Part shown: positions 20,769 through 30,599 of the stretch, piece after piece
How the letters are laid out: every line of letters begins with the position of its first letter
Position numbering within the stretch: the first letter of the stretch is position 1
Assembly (NCBI GenBank): GCA_019117135.1
Contig: DXAI01000031.1
Location: 1 to 59,936, forward strand
Reading direction: 5' to 3'
DNA from: Candidatus Duodenibacillus intestinavium
GTDB lineage: Bacteria; Pseudomonadota; Gammaproteobacteria; Burkholderiales; Burkholderiaceae_F
DNA length: 59,936 nt
The notes under the pieces: model-generated
What the model was told of the DNA's origin: nothing
Databases searched by the model: none
The model's input: the letters and a program-made list of their open reading frames with translations, nothing else
Program-made: the position numbers and the translations under genes

Positions 20769-21010
20769 CCGAAGATCATCCGAGAGGATGATTTTTCGTT
20801 TCTTTGATCTTTTTCTTTCTACAATGCGCTACAAACTTGGGCAAAAAGATAGCCCAAGATGCGTCAAAACTAGTAGGAATTAAGCACAATTGGGCGCATA
20901 ATCCGCAAATAGGCTACCAAATCAGAGCTTGTTTGCTGCGGGGAACGCTTCAAGCACTGTCTTTTCGCATTTCCTGCTTCTCACCGTTTATTCTATCCAG
21001 AGCGTACATC

Positions 21011-21481
21011 ATGGATCTTCGCAAACTTAAAACACTGATTGATCTCGTTAGCGAAAGCGGCGTTGCCGAACTTGAAATCACCGAAGGCGACGATCGCGTC
21101 AAAATCGTCAATCGCGTCGGTGCCGCCCCTGTGGCCGCAACCGCTCCCGCCGTAATTGCCGCACCTGTGGTTGCCGCAGCTCCCGCTGCCGCCCCAGCTC
21201 CGGCCGCTGCTTCCGAGTCGGCTGCCGCTCCTGCCGTTGCTGAAGATACCCGCACCATCAATTCGCCCATGGTCGGCACCTTCTACCGCGCCCCGAGCCC
21301 CGGTGCCAAGCCCTTTGCCGACGTTGGTCAGAAGGTCAAAGCCGGCGACACGGTCTGCATCATCGAAGCCATGAAGCTTCTTAACGAAATCGAAACCGAG
21401 TACGACGGCGTCATCAAGGAAATCCTCGTCGAAAACGGTCAGCCGGTTGAGTTCGGCCAGCCGCTTTTTGTGATCGCTTGA
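21011..21481 (+). CDS. accB: Acetyl-CoA carboxylase biotin carboxyl carrier protein
   Basis: [11 protein letters not shown], Ala/Pro linker, [12 protein letters not shown] biotinylation motif. Confidence 0.97.
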   Translation: MDLRKLKTLIDLVSESGVAELEITEGDDRVKIVNRVGAAPVAATAPAVIAAPVVAAAPAAAPAPAAASESAAAPAVAEDTRTINSPMVGTFYRAPSPGAKPFADVGQKVKAGDTVCIIEAMKLLNEIETEYDGVIKEILVENGQPVEFGQPLFVIA

Positions 21482-21506
21482 TAATCCAGCTTCTGACGCC
21501 TGAACC

Positions 21507-22883
21507 ATGTTCGGAAAAATTCTTATCGCAAACCGCGGGGAAATCGCCCTGCGCATTCAGCGGGCCTGCCGCGCCATGGGCATCAAGACGGTCGTCGTCC
21601 ACTCGACGGCCGACGCCGACGCCATGTACGTGCGCCTTGCCGACGAAAGTGTCTGCATCGGCCCCGCTCAATCCTCTCAAAGCTATCTCAACATTCCGGC
21701 CATCATTTCGGCTGCTGAAGTCACTGACGCCGAAGCCATTCACCCCGGGTACGGCTTCCTGTCGGAAAACGCCGACTTTGCCGACCGCGTTGAGAAGAGC
21801 GGATTTGCTTTTATCGGACCGCGCGGCGACACAATTCGTCTGATGGGCGACAAAGTCAACGCCAAAAGGGCGATGATCGACGCAGGTGTTCCCTGCGTGC
21901 CCGGTAGCGACGGCGCTCTGCCCGACGATCCCAAGGAAATCCTTCGCATTGCCCGCGAAGTCGGTTACCCCGTCCTCATCAAGGCAAGCGCCGGCGGCGG
22001 CGGTCGGGGCATGCGCGTGGTGCGTACCGAGGCTGCGCTTCTTACTTCCGTCAATATGACGAAAACGGAAGCCAATGCCGCGTTCGGTTCGGACAAGGTT
22101 TACCTGGAAAAATTCCTGGAAAATCCGCGCCACATTGAAATTCAGGTTCTCTCCGACAACTTCCAAAACGCTATTTATTTGGGTGAGCGCGATTGTTCCA
22201 TGCAGCGCCGCAACCAGAAGGTCGTTGAAGAATCCCCCGCTCCCGGTATTCCGCGCAAACTCATCGAGAAACTCGGCGCACGCTGTACGGAAGCATGCCG
22301 CCGCATCGGTTATCGCGGAGCCGGCACGTTTGAATTCCTGTACGAAAACGGCGAGTTTTACTTTATTGAAATGAACACGCGCGTGCAGGTGGAGCACCCT
22401 GTGACCGAATGGGTAACAGGTGTCGACATCATTGCCGAGCAGATCCGTATCGCCGCGGGAGAACGTCTGCGCCTCAAACAACGCGACATTGTTCTTAAGG
22501 GAGCAGCCATCGAGTGCCGCATCAACGCCGAAGACGGCTTTACCTTCCGTCCGTCTCCGGGCAAAGTAACGCGTTGGCATATGCCCGGCGGTCCCGGCAT
22601 TCGTCTCGACAGCCACGTATACGCCGGCTACACCGTACCGCCCTACTACGACAGCATGATCGGCAAACTCATCGCCTACGGCGAAACGCGTGACGAAGCT
22701 CTGGCTCGCATGCGCGTCGCGCTTTCCGAAACGCTCGTCGAAGGCATCAACACCAACATCGATCTGCACCGCTTGATCATGAGCGACAGCCGCTTCAACC
22801 AGGGCGGCACCAGCATTCATTATCTGGAAGAACGCATGGCCGAGTGGATCGCGATGCATAAGGACGCCAAAAATGCTGCGTGA
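21507..22883 (+). CDS. accC: Acetyl-CoA carboxylase biotin carboxylase
   Basis: [38 protein letters not shown]. Confidence 0.97.
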   Translation: MFGKILIANRGEIALRIQRACRAMGIKTVVVHSTADADAMYVRLADESVCIGPAQSSQSYLNIPAIISAAEVTDAEAIHPGYGFLSENADFADRVEKSGFAFIGPRGDTIRLMGDKVNAKRAMIDAGVPCVPGSDGALPDDPKEILRIAREVGYPVLIKASAGGGGRGMRVVRTEAALLTSVNMTKTEANAAFGSDKVYLEKFLENPRHIEIQVLSDNFQNAIYLGERDCSMQRRNQKVVEESPAPGIPRKLIEKLGARCTEACRRIGYRGAGTFEFLYENGEFYFIEMNTRVQVEHPVTEWVTGVDIIAEQIRIAAGERLRLKQRDIVLKGAAIECRINAEDGFTFRPSPGKVTRWHMPGGPGIRLDSHVYAGYTVPPYYDSMIGKLIAYGETRDEALARMRVALSETLVEGINTNIDLHRLIMSDSRFNQGGTSIHYLEERMAEWIAMHKDAKNAA

Positions 22884-23775
22884 GATTAAGTTCCTGTGTC
22901 TGGAACGTTCCGCCGAAGACTTCGCCGACATGATGATGGACGCAGGCGCCATGAGCGTTTCGATCGAGGATGCCGACTTGGGCAGCCCCGATGAAAGGCC
23001 CCTTTACGGAGAACCGGGTACTGAACCCGATACCTTTGCCTGGAACCGTTCCATCGTTTCCGTGTTGGCAGACGAAACGTTCGATGCCACTCAGGCCGCC
23101 GCTATCGCCGCCAAGGCGCTTGGCATCGAAACGCCAGTCGTAAAGTCCGATACGACGGTACCCGACGAGGACTGGGTGCGCATCACGCAGGCTCAGTTTT
23201 CACCCGTAAAGGTGAGCGACCGACTCTGGATCGTTCCGAGCTGGCACGAACCGCCCTCGAGCGAAGCCATCAACATCCGCTTGGATCCGGGCGTTGCTTT
23301 CGGTACGGGCTCTCATCCGACAACGCATTTGTGCCTGCAGTGGCTTGATACGCATGTCACGAACACGGATACCGTTCTTGACTATGGTTGCGGTACGGGC
23401 ATTCTGGCGATTGCCGCTGCAAAACTCGGCGCTGCGAACGTCACTGGTACCGACATTGATCCTCAAGCCGTTGAAAGCGCGGCCTTTAACGCCGAACACA
23501 ATGAAGTGACGGCCAAGTTTGTGCTGCCGGGGGATTTGCCCGCCAATCGTTACTCCTTGGTTGTGGCCAATATCCTGTCAAACCCGCTCAAGGTACTCGC
23601 TCCGGCTTTGCTCGGCCGAGTGGCTCCGGGCGGCCGTCTCGTACTCTCGGGCGTTCTGGCCCGCCAGGCCGAGGAAGTCATCGAGGTCTATCGCAAAACG
23701 GATCCGAACGTGGAACTTTCCGTTTGGAGAGAAGAAGACGGTTGGGTTTGCATCGCTGGTCAGCGACACGCTTAA
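22873..23775 (+). CDS. prmA: Ribosomal protein L11 methyltransferase
   Basis: [32 protein letters not shown]. Confidence 0.95.
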   Translation: MLREIKFLCLERSAEDFADMMMDAGAMSVSIEDADLGSPDERPLYGEPGTEPDTFAWNRSIVSVLADETFDATQAAAIAAKALGIETPVVKSDTTVPDEDWVRITQAQFSPVKVSDRLWIVPSWHEPPSSEAINIRLDPGVAFGTGSHPTTHLCLQWLDTHVTNTDTVLDYGCGTGILAIAAAKLGAANVTGTDIDPQAVESAAFNAEHNEVTAKFVLPGDLPANRYSLVVANILSNPLKVLAPALLGRVAPGGRLVLSGVLARQAEEVIEVYRKTDPNVELSVWREEDGWVCIAGQRHA

Positions 23776-24093
23776 TCAGACGACTCGGTCACCATTCCGC
23801 ACAAGGCAGTACGTTTGCTCGTGCTGCCTTTCTTTTCTTTGCGCTTTATACCCACAAGCCAAAAAAGTCGAAATCGTCCAGATCGCCTGAACGACGGGCC
23901 TTTCAGCGCGATTTGTGCCCCAAAATCTTCCAAACTTTCTCTAGACTCACGGCCTGTCAACTGAGGTTTCGTCCTGACTTGCACTCTCACAAGCAAAAAA
24001 AATCGCAAATTCGTCAAATCGACTGCCTGGCAGTCGTTTCAAAGCGATTGCCACCTCTAAATCGTCGAAATTCTTCGCGAGCTCCGTTCGAAC

Positions 24094-25443
24094 TCAATCG
24101 TTTGCCGACTTTTGCTCGCCAGATCCGGCCACCTGATACAAAACTTTGGGACCACTGCCGACCTTGGCAATGAGACCTTTTTCCTGGAGCGTCTTTAACT
24201 CGGCAATCACCCGAGCATAGGAACCACCGGCCGCCTCTTTTTGTAATGCGGCCCGGGACATACGTCCGTTTGTACGCAAACAACGCATGATTCGCTGTCC
24301 CAAATCAGACAAGTCCGGCGCCTCAAGTGTCACTCTCGGCAGAGAAACTTTCATCCACCGCGGCGTGGCATCGATCATCGGCTCCATACCGTAGCGGGCA
24401 TAAGCGTCATAAATTTTCGGAAAGCCCATCCCATAACCTTCCATCAGCTTCAGACGCATCAGCAATCCAGCCAGCTTGTTGTTTCGACAAAAACTGACGC
24501 CTGAGCGAAGATCTTCGACTTGCAGCGGCTGCGGCAATCCACCGTAGGTGAAGATCTCGATTCGGTCGGAATGCACGCTGACAAACGACGGAGCATCAAT
24601 ACCATAGTCACGATGCGCAAAGGCATTGACCAGAGCTTCTCTAACCGCTACCAGCGGATACTCCTCGACCTCAACACGTCTTCCGCTACGTAGCAAATCA
24701 ACTGACGCAAATGTCTCGACCCGAAACGATGTACCGAACCGGTTGACAATTCTCTCAAGGACTTGTTCGTACTGCTTTAAGACGGAGCCTTGATATACGA
24801 GCAACTCCTGCGTCGAAGACGCCTTGCTGTCTCCAGCGAAAAACCCGAGTTTTGTTTCGACCGCGCATTGATCCGACAACCAATACGCCAAATTTGTGAA
24901 CAAGCCATCCTGTGTCTTCAGCCCGAGAATCTGCATCTTTGATTCGGCAAACGCAATCTCCTGCTTCGCAAAGAAAGCCTCGGTTTCTCGGAAACTCAAC
25001 TCTTGCAGCCGCGACACTCTTTGTTCTAATGCAACCGGATTGCTGTTGCGATACAGCTGCCGCAACTCCTCGTCAGTTGCTTCATAGCAAGCCGCTCCGC
25101 GGCGCACGAAGACTCGCGTGCCTTCGTCTTTGATCTTAACGGCATACGGCATATCCGGGCCTGCGCTCACTCGGACTTCCAGAATGGTTTTTCCTTCCGA
25201 CTCGCTTTTCAAACAGCGTACGAGATGATCGGCTGACGGCACAACACCATAGCGGGCAACATCCGCCACAATTCGGATCAACCGATCCACCTTATTGTCG
25301 GGAATACCGATGGCAACACCATCATCCCGCACACCAAAATAGATCGTTCCGCCGTAGGAATTCGCAAAAGCACAAATGGTTTTTTTCGCCGACTCAGTCC
25401 ATTCTTCTTTGAATTCAGTCGTTTCGTTTTCTTAAATCTGCAT
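24094..25443 (-). pseudogene. Schlafen/AlbA_2 - HATPase_c_4 (GHKL-like) - wHTH protein with an in-frame TAA at codon 4
   Basis: Frame from ATG 25443 reads MQI*ENETTEFKEEWTESAKKTICAFANSYGGTIYFGVRDDG; later REALVNAFAHRDY, RNNKLA, MEGYGMG and a C-terminal winged helix. Confidence 0.8.
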
Positions 25444-25473
25444 CGCAAACTGCCATTCTGTTTTTTTACTTAC

Positions 25474-25525
25474 CTATCTATCGATCTATCAATAGATAGC
25501 TATCTATCGATAGATCGATAGATAG
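25474..25525. repeat. 52-bp nested palindrome made of four copies of a 12-bp unit
   Basis: CTATCTATCGAT-CT-ATCAATAGATAG-CTATCTATCGAT-AG-ATCGATAGATAG; one mismatch across the full inverted repeat. Confidence 0.95.
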
Positions 25526-25657
25526 CTAGGGATCTACACCATCAGCAAAAATCCTGCAATGCCGAGGGGCCTTGCTAGAATCGGTGAATCCCAATACAGA
25601 CGCATTTTTTCGCGCCTTGGCTTTTTATTTGAATTCTTACAAATCACGAGGTTCATC

Positions 25658-26590
25658 ATGCGCATCATGATCAGCGGCTCGATCGCTTACGACAACATTC
25701 TTTCCTATGGCGGACGCTTCAGCGATCACCTCGTACGCGAAAGTCTCGATCACATCAATCTCACCTTTGTCACCGACTCCATGACGCGTAACTACGGCGG
25801 ATGCGCCGCCAACATCGCCTACGCGCTCAAGCTGCTCGGCGGCGAGCCTGTTGTCACCGGTGCCGTCGGTACCGACGGTTCCGACTATCTCTACCGCTTC
25901 GAACAACTCGAAATCGAAACCTCGGTAGCCAAATTCAACGATGTCTTCACGGCTCAGTGTTTTGTGACGACCGACAAGACGGGATCGCAACTTGCCACGT
26001 TCAACCCGGGCGCCATGTCACGCGCTCATGAAGCCCCCTTCCCCGAAGGCGAAATCGGCTTGGCTCTTGTTGCTCCCGACGGCAAGGAAGCCGTGATTCA
26101 GCGCATGAACGAATGCTTCTCGCGCAACATTCCGGTGGTCTTTGACATCGGCCAGGCCATCTCGATTCTCTCCGGCGACGAAATCCGTGAACTGATCAGC
26201 AAGACCACGTATCTGGCCGCCTCGGCTTATGAGCTTGAACTCATTAAGCGCGCCACACTTCTTACCACCGACGAGATCGCCGATCTCGTCAAGGCTCTGA
26301 TCGTCACCTACGGCGAAAAGGGCTCGACCGTCTGGACCGAAGGCAAGGAAATCACTGTTCCCGCCTGCCGCGTGCCCAACGCCGTTGACCCGGTCGGTGC
26401 GGGTGACGCCTATCGCGGCGGTCTGCTCTACGGTCTTTCCAAGGGCTGGAGCTGGGAACAGACGTTGCGTCTGGCTTCCGTCATGGGCTCCTTCAAGGTA
26501 GAAAAGACGGGCGCTCAGAATTACGCTCCCACCAAAGAACAGATCGCCGATCGCTACAAGGCGACCTACGGCGAAGAGATGCCCGCCTAA
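25658..26590 (+). CDS. PfkB-family carbohydrate/adenosine kinase
   Basis: GSIAYD, GGCAANIAY, DPVGAGDAYRGG signature; GAGG RBS. Confidence 0.88.
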   Translation: MRIMISGSIAYDNILSYGGRFSDHLVRESLDHINLTFVTDSMTRNYGGCAANIAYALKLLGGEPVVTGAVGTDGSDYLYRFEQLEIETSVAKFNDVFTAQCFVTTDKTGSQLATFNPGAMSRAHEAPFPEGEIGLALVAPDGKEAVIQRMNECFSRNIPVVFDIGQAISILSGDEIRELISKTTYLAASAYELELIKRATLLTTDEIADLVKALIVTYGEKGSTVWTEGKEITVPACRVPNAVDPVGAGDAYRGGLLYGLSKGWSWEQTLRLASVMGSFKVEKTGAQNYAPTKEQIADRYKATYGEEMPA

Positions 26591-26601
26591 TCACAAAAAG
26601 T

Positions 26602-26640
26602 GGCCGGACAGAAGCTGCCCATAAAAGCTTCCGTCCGGCC
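26602..26640. terminator. Hairpin between convergent kinase and pstA
   Basis: GGCCGGAC-A-GAAGCT...AGCTTC-C-GTCCGGCC. Confidence 0.5.
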
Positions 26641-26689
26641 GGGCACCCGTGCTCAAACAGGTGTTCTTTACGTAAAGCGTCTGCGTCCG

Positions 26690-27619
26690 TTAGGCCAGGC
26701 GCTTTTTCTGCATCTTGTCGCGTATCAAGATGGCAATCAGGTTCATGGCAAACACGAGGACAACCAAAAGCAGTCCCGTGCCGTACTGCATCGGGCGGGT
26801 CTTTTCAATTTCGGTACCGGCCGTTGCAAGCACGTACATGTGGTAGGGAAGCGCCATCACAGAGCTCCAAACGCTCTCGGGCAGCTTCGGGGTGTAGAAA
26901 ACAGCAGCAGTGAACATCACGGCACTGGTTTCGCCCGCGGCGCGAGCCACTGCCAGAATGGCACCGGTAAGAATGCCGGGCAGAGCCGAAGGCAACACAA
27001 TTCGGCCGATCGTCTGACTCTTTGTGGCGCCCAAAGCCAGGCTTGCATCACGCCAGGAGCGCGGCACCTGCTTGAGGGCTTCTTCGGTCGTATTGATGAT
27101 CACCGGCAACGTCAGAACCGCAAGCGTCAGGATGCCGGAGAGCAGACTCACGTTAAAGCCCAAAGCCGTCACGAAGAATGCCAGACCGAACAAGCCGAAC
27201 ACGATCGAGGGGACGCCTGCGAGGTTAGCCACCGACAAACGAACGATATCGACCACAGGACCTTGCTTGCCGTATTCGTTAAGCCACACGGCGCAAGCCA
27301 CCCCAAAGGGCAATGCAATGGCAATGGCACCGGCAGCAAGCAGGAAAGTACCTACAAGGCACGGGAATACGCCGCCCGAAGTCATCATTTCACGCGGCGA
27401 ATCGAGCACAAAATCAATGTTAAGTGCACCAATGCCGTTGACAAAGAGAAATACACAGGCGATCACGAGTGCGGCACAGTTCACAAAAGCGGCCGCACGC
27501 AGCGTCAAGAAAGAGAAGACCTGCGTGGCCGCACGCTTGGCGCGGGTCTTTTCGCGAGCCTGACTGCAAATGCTTTGTTGCTGATTCATTTTTGCTTTTC
27601 CTTCATTCAAATTCATCAC
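26690..27619 (-). CDS. pstA: Phosphate ABC transporter permease PstA
   Basis: LAGVPSIVFGLFG, ASLALGATK, ARAAGET; exact start uncertain. Confidence 0.92.
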   Translation of the reverse strand: MMNLNEGKAKMNQQQSICSQAREKTRAKRAATQVFSFLTLRAAAFVNCAALVIACVFLFVNGIGALNIDFVLDSPREMMTSGGVFPCLVGTFLLAAGAIAIALPFGVACAVWLNEYGKQGPVVDIVRLSVANLAGVPSIVFGLFGLAFFVTALGFNVSLLSGILTLAVLTLPVIINTTEEALKQVPRSWRDASLALGATKSQTIGRIVLPSALPGILTGAILAVARAAGETSAVMFTAAVFYTPKLPESVWSSVMALPYHMYVLATAGTEIEKTRPMQYGTGLLLVVLVFAMNLIAILIRDKMQKKRLA

Positions 27620-28494
27620 ACAGCAGGCGTCTTGTACTTCTGCGCTAAGCGGAAGGCGATCGCGTTGAAGATGAAAGTCATCACGAAAAGCGCAATGCCG
27701 GTTGCAAACAAAGCGTGGTAATGGGGACTGCCGAAGGGAGCTTCAGCCATTTCAGCGGCAATCGATGCGGGCATCGGACGAATCGGATCAAAAATCGATT
27801 CGGGCACAATGGCAGCGCCTCCCGCGACCATCAGCACGACCATCGTTTCGCCGAGAGCACGGGACATGCCGAGCATCACGGCGGTACCGACGCCAGAGAG
27901 TGCATAAGGGAAAGTCACATTCTTGAGTGTTTCCCAAGGCGTTGCACCGAGCGCAAGTGACGCGTCCTTAAGTGAACGCGGTACAGCATGCAGCGCGTCT
28001 TCGGCAATCGAACAAATGGTCGGAACAGCCATGAAGGCTAGCATCAAAGCGGCATTGAAGAGGTTCAAACCGGTAGCGATTCCGAGCGTGTTCTGAAGCC
28101 ACGGCGCCACCAAGACCATACCGATGAAGCCGATTACGACGGAAGGCAACGCAGCGAGCAGTTCGATAAAGGGTTTAATGATGCGGCGCGTCGTATTGGC
28201 AGCCACTTCCGAGAGATATGCCGCCGTCATCAGACCGAGCGGCACCGCAAAGAGACTTGCGAGGAATGTCACGGCAAGCGAGCCGGCGATCAGAGAACCG
28301 ATTTCAAAATCGGGCTGATCGCCCACCGGATACCAATCGGTTCCGAAAACGAAGTCGAGAAAGCCAGTGCTGGCAAAGACCGGAAGACCTTCCCGAAACA
28401 AATAAAACACAATGCCTGCGAGCACGGCAAGCGAGAGCAAGGCCAAAGCGGCTAACCCGCCTTCGACAGCCTTTTCTCTAAAGTCATAACGCAT
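27616..28494 (-). CDS. pstC: Phosphate ABC transporter permease PstC
   Basis: ELLAALPSVVIGF, ASLALGAT, SRALGETM. Confidence 0.93.
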   Translation of the reverse strand: MRYDFREKAVEGGLAALALLSLAVLAGIVFYLFREGLPVFASTGFLDFVFGTDWYPVGDQPDFEIGSLIAGSLAVTFLASLFAVPLGLMTAAYLSEVAANTTRRIIKPFIELLAALPSVVIGFIGMVLVAPWLQNTLGIATGLNLFNAALMLAFMAVPTICSIAEDALHAVPRSLKDASLALGATPWETLKNVTFPYALSGVGTAVMLGMSRALGETMVVLMVAGGAAIVPESIFDPIRPMPASIAAEMAEAPFGSPHYHALFATGIALFVMTFIFNAIAFRLAQKYKTPAV

Positions 28495-28591
28495 ATGGGC
28501 CTCTTGATAAACCGCCGGCTTCTTTCGTGCGACAACTCAAGGTGAGCTGTTGCCGCACGTCCGAGGCCGGCAGACGATGTTCGTTTCTAAA

Positions 28592-29413
28592 TTACTTCAG
28601 AGGAACGAAACCGGTTTCCTGAACAATCTTCTGACCGGCCGGAGACACGACAAAGTCCGTAAAGGCCTTGGCATCACCAGCAGGAGCGCCGTTCGTGAAG
28701 AAGTAGAGTTCACGGGAAAGCGGCCATTCCTTGGTCTTTGCGGCTTCGGCCGTGGCCTTCTTGCCGCCGAGCGTCAAAGCCTTGGTCTGATTGTCGAGAT
28801 AGCCGATGCCGATGTAACCGATGGCATTCACGTTCTTAGCAACCGTCTGAACAACCGTACCGTTGGAGGTCTGAAGCAAAGCGCGCGGCGTGACGCGGGC
28901 ACCCTTCATCACAAGGGATTCCCAGGTTTCAAACGTGCCCGAGCTCGAGTCGCGACTCACCACAACAATCGGAGCATCCTTGCCTCCAACTTCCTTCCAG
29001 TTGCGGATCTTGCCTTCGAAAACGGCCTTGAGCTGTTCCTGCGTGAGATCCTTCACCGTGTTGGCGTTGTTGACAACCGGGACAATGGCGTCCACGGCAA
29101 CGGCCGTACGGTAGGGCTTGACGCCGCGCTGTTCGGCAAGCTTCACTTCGCTGCCCTTGATGTCGCGCGAGCTCATGGCGATGTTGGTAAGACCGTCAAT
29201 CAGTGCCTTGACGCCGTTGCCGGAGCCGCCACCCGAAAGGGCGATGTGCACATCGGGGTTGGTCTTGGCGAAAGCTTCAGTGGCCTTCTGAACCACAGGC
29301 AGAACCGTTGTGGAACCATTGATGACCAAATCACCGGCAAAAGAGGTGGCCGCAGCAGCAACCATCGCAGCGGTAAGGCAGAGTTTCTTGAACATTTGCG
29401 TTTTTTCCTTCAT
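28592..29413 (-). CDS. pstS: Phosphate-binding protein PstS (short PBP-like type)
   Basis: Signal peptide, GSTTVLP, GSGNG, SSR, RDSSSGT, AIGY; start may be 29395. Confidence 0.9.
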   Translation of the reverse strand: MKEKTQMFKKLCLTAAMVAAAATSFAGDLVINGSTTVLPVVQKATEAFAKTNPDVHIALSGGGSGNGVKALIDGLTNIAMSSRDIKGSEVKLAEQRGVKPYRTAVAVDAIVPVVNNANTVKDLTQEQLKAVFEGKIRNWKEVGGKDAPIVVVSRDSSSGTFETWESLVMKGARVTPRALLQTSNGTVVQTVAKNVNAIGYIGIGYLDNQTKALTLGGKKATAEAAKTKEWPLSRELYFFTNGAPAGDAKAFTDFVVSPAGQKIVQETGFVPLK

Positions 29414-29535
29414 TGCAATTCAATGAGTGAAGGCCTTCATCGACTTCCCCTTGTAGTCAGCGCCCCAACGTCGACGGAAGTCCGACCTTCGAAATTTTTT
29501 CTTCGGCGCTTTTCAGAACCGCAATGCTGAACGTC

Positions 29536-29579
29536 GTTTGTGACAAACAAGCGAACGTTTTGTGACGATTTGATGACAG
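29536..29579 (-). promoter_or_regulatory. Pho box array facing pstS
   Basis: 11-bp phased units on the minus strand: CTGTCATCAAA, TCGTCACAAAA, (degenerate), TTGTCACAAAC. Confidence 0.75.
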
Positions 29580-29596
29580 CAAAATCTTTTCTGCCC

Positions 29597-29640
29597 TTGT
29601 CATCAAACTGTCATCAAAAACGCATCAAACAGTCACGTTA
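29597..29640 (+). promoter_or_regulatory. Pho box array facing pstB
   Basis: 11-bp phased units TTGTCATCAAA CTGTCATCAAA AACGCATCAAA CAGTCACGTTA, matching the PhoB consensus CTGTCAT-N4. Confidence 0.8.
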
Positions 29641-29753
29641 CCAACCTACCATCCGCCTGCCGCGCAAGAAAGAAAAGAGTTCGCGCGCCGCGGCAAAGTG
29701 CATCCTTCTGCGTTCGCCTTTGCGCATTTTCCTCTGCCCATACGTATTGAAAA

Positions 29754-30530
29754 ATGAACGTTTCCGAACCTAAAAACGAAGTCAAAATCCGTGCCGAACA
29801 CGTTGATTTCAGCTACGAAAATACCCAAACGCTGTTTGATATCAATCTGGAATTCCGCAATCACGAAGTCACCGCTCTGATCGGGCCTTCAGGTTGCGGC
29901 AAATCGACCTTCCTGCGTACGCTCTCGCGCATGAACGAGCTCATCTGCGACACCACGCTTAAGGGAAAGATTCTTTTGGACGGTGAAGACATCTACGCAC
30001 CTAATTACGATGTGGTGCAATTGCGCCAACGCGTGGGTATGGTCTTTCAAAAGCCTACGCCTTTTCCGAAGTCCATCTTTGAAAACGTCGCCTACGGTCT
30101 GCGCGTCGCAGGCATCAGCAGTCGCTCGATTCTTGCTGAAAAAGTCGAAGAAAGTCTGCGCCGAGCCGCACTGTGGGAAGAAGTCAAGGATCGTTTGAAC
30201 GAAAGCGCTCTGGGTCTTTCGGGCGGTCAGCAGCAGCGTCTTTGCATTGCCCGCGCTCTGGCCGTAGAGCCTGAAGTGCTCCTGATGGATGAACCGTGCA
30301 GCGCTCTTGACCCGATTGCCACGCAACGCGTTGAAGAAAGTATTCTCGAGCTCAAGCAGTCGTTGTGCATCGTCATCGTAACCCACAACATGCAGCAGGC
30401 TGCACGCGTGTCGGATAAGACTGCCTTCTTCTTCATGGGCAAGCTCATCGAATTCGACGACACAGACACGATCTTCAACAACGCTGCCAATGCTCGCACC
30501 CGCGACTACGTCAACGGTCGTTTCGGTTAA
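29754..30530 (+). CDS. pstB: Phosphate ABC transporter ATPase PstB
   Basis: [54 protein letters not shown] end. Confidence 0.96.
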   Translation: MNVSEPKNEVKIRAEHVDFSYENTQTLFDINLEFRNHEVTALIGPSGCGKSTFLRTLSRMNELICDTTLKGKILLDGEDIYAPNYDVVQLRQRVGMVFQKPTPFPKSIFENVAYGLRVAGISSRSILAEKVEESLRRAALWEEVKDRLNESALGLSGGQQQRLCIARALAVEPEVLLMDEPCSALDPIATQRVEESILELKQSLCIVIVTHNMQQAARVSDKTAFFFMGKLIEFDDTDTIFNNAANARTRDYVNGRFG

Positions 30531-30552
30531 GCGTTACGTGTTCTTTCTCGCA

Positions 30553-30587
30553 GCAAAAAAGCGGCCGACTCGAGCCGCTTTTTTTGC
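30553..30587. terminator. Bidirectional intrinsic terminator
   Basis: AAAAAA-GCGGC-loop-GCCGC-TTTTTTT between convergent pstB and mscS. Confidence 0.85.
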
Positions 30588-30599
30588 GTCTGATGTTTG

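Noticed and set aside
21414-22952. 512-aa ORF on the minus strand
   Set aside because: Antisense shadow of accC.
23724-24283. Short ORFs between prmA and the AlbA_2 gene
   Set aside because: No convincing RBS or protein motifs, and they overlap neighbouring genes; treated as non-coding.
25474-25525. Palindrome read as a CRISPR repeat, protelomerase target or integron attC
   Set aside because: No spacers or cas genes, no protelomerase or integrase in the window, and no RYYYAAC/GTTRRRY ends.
26600-29530. Long plus-strand ORFs of 373 and 326 aa
   Set aside because: Antisense shadows of pstA and pstS.
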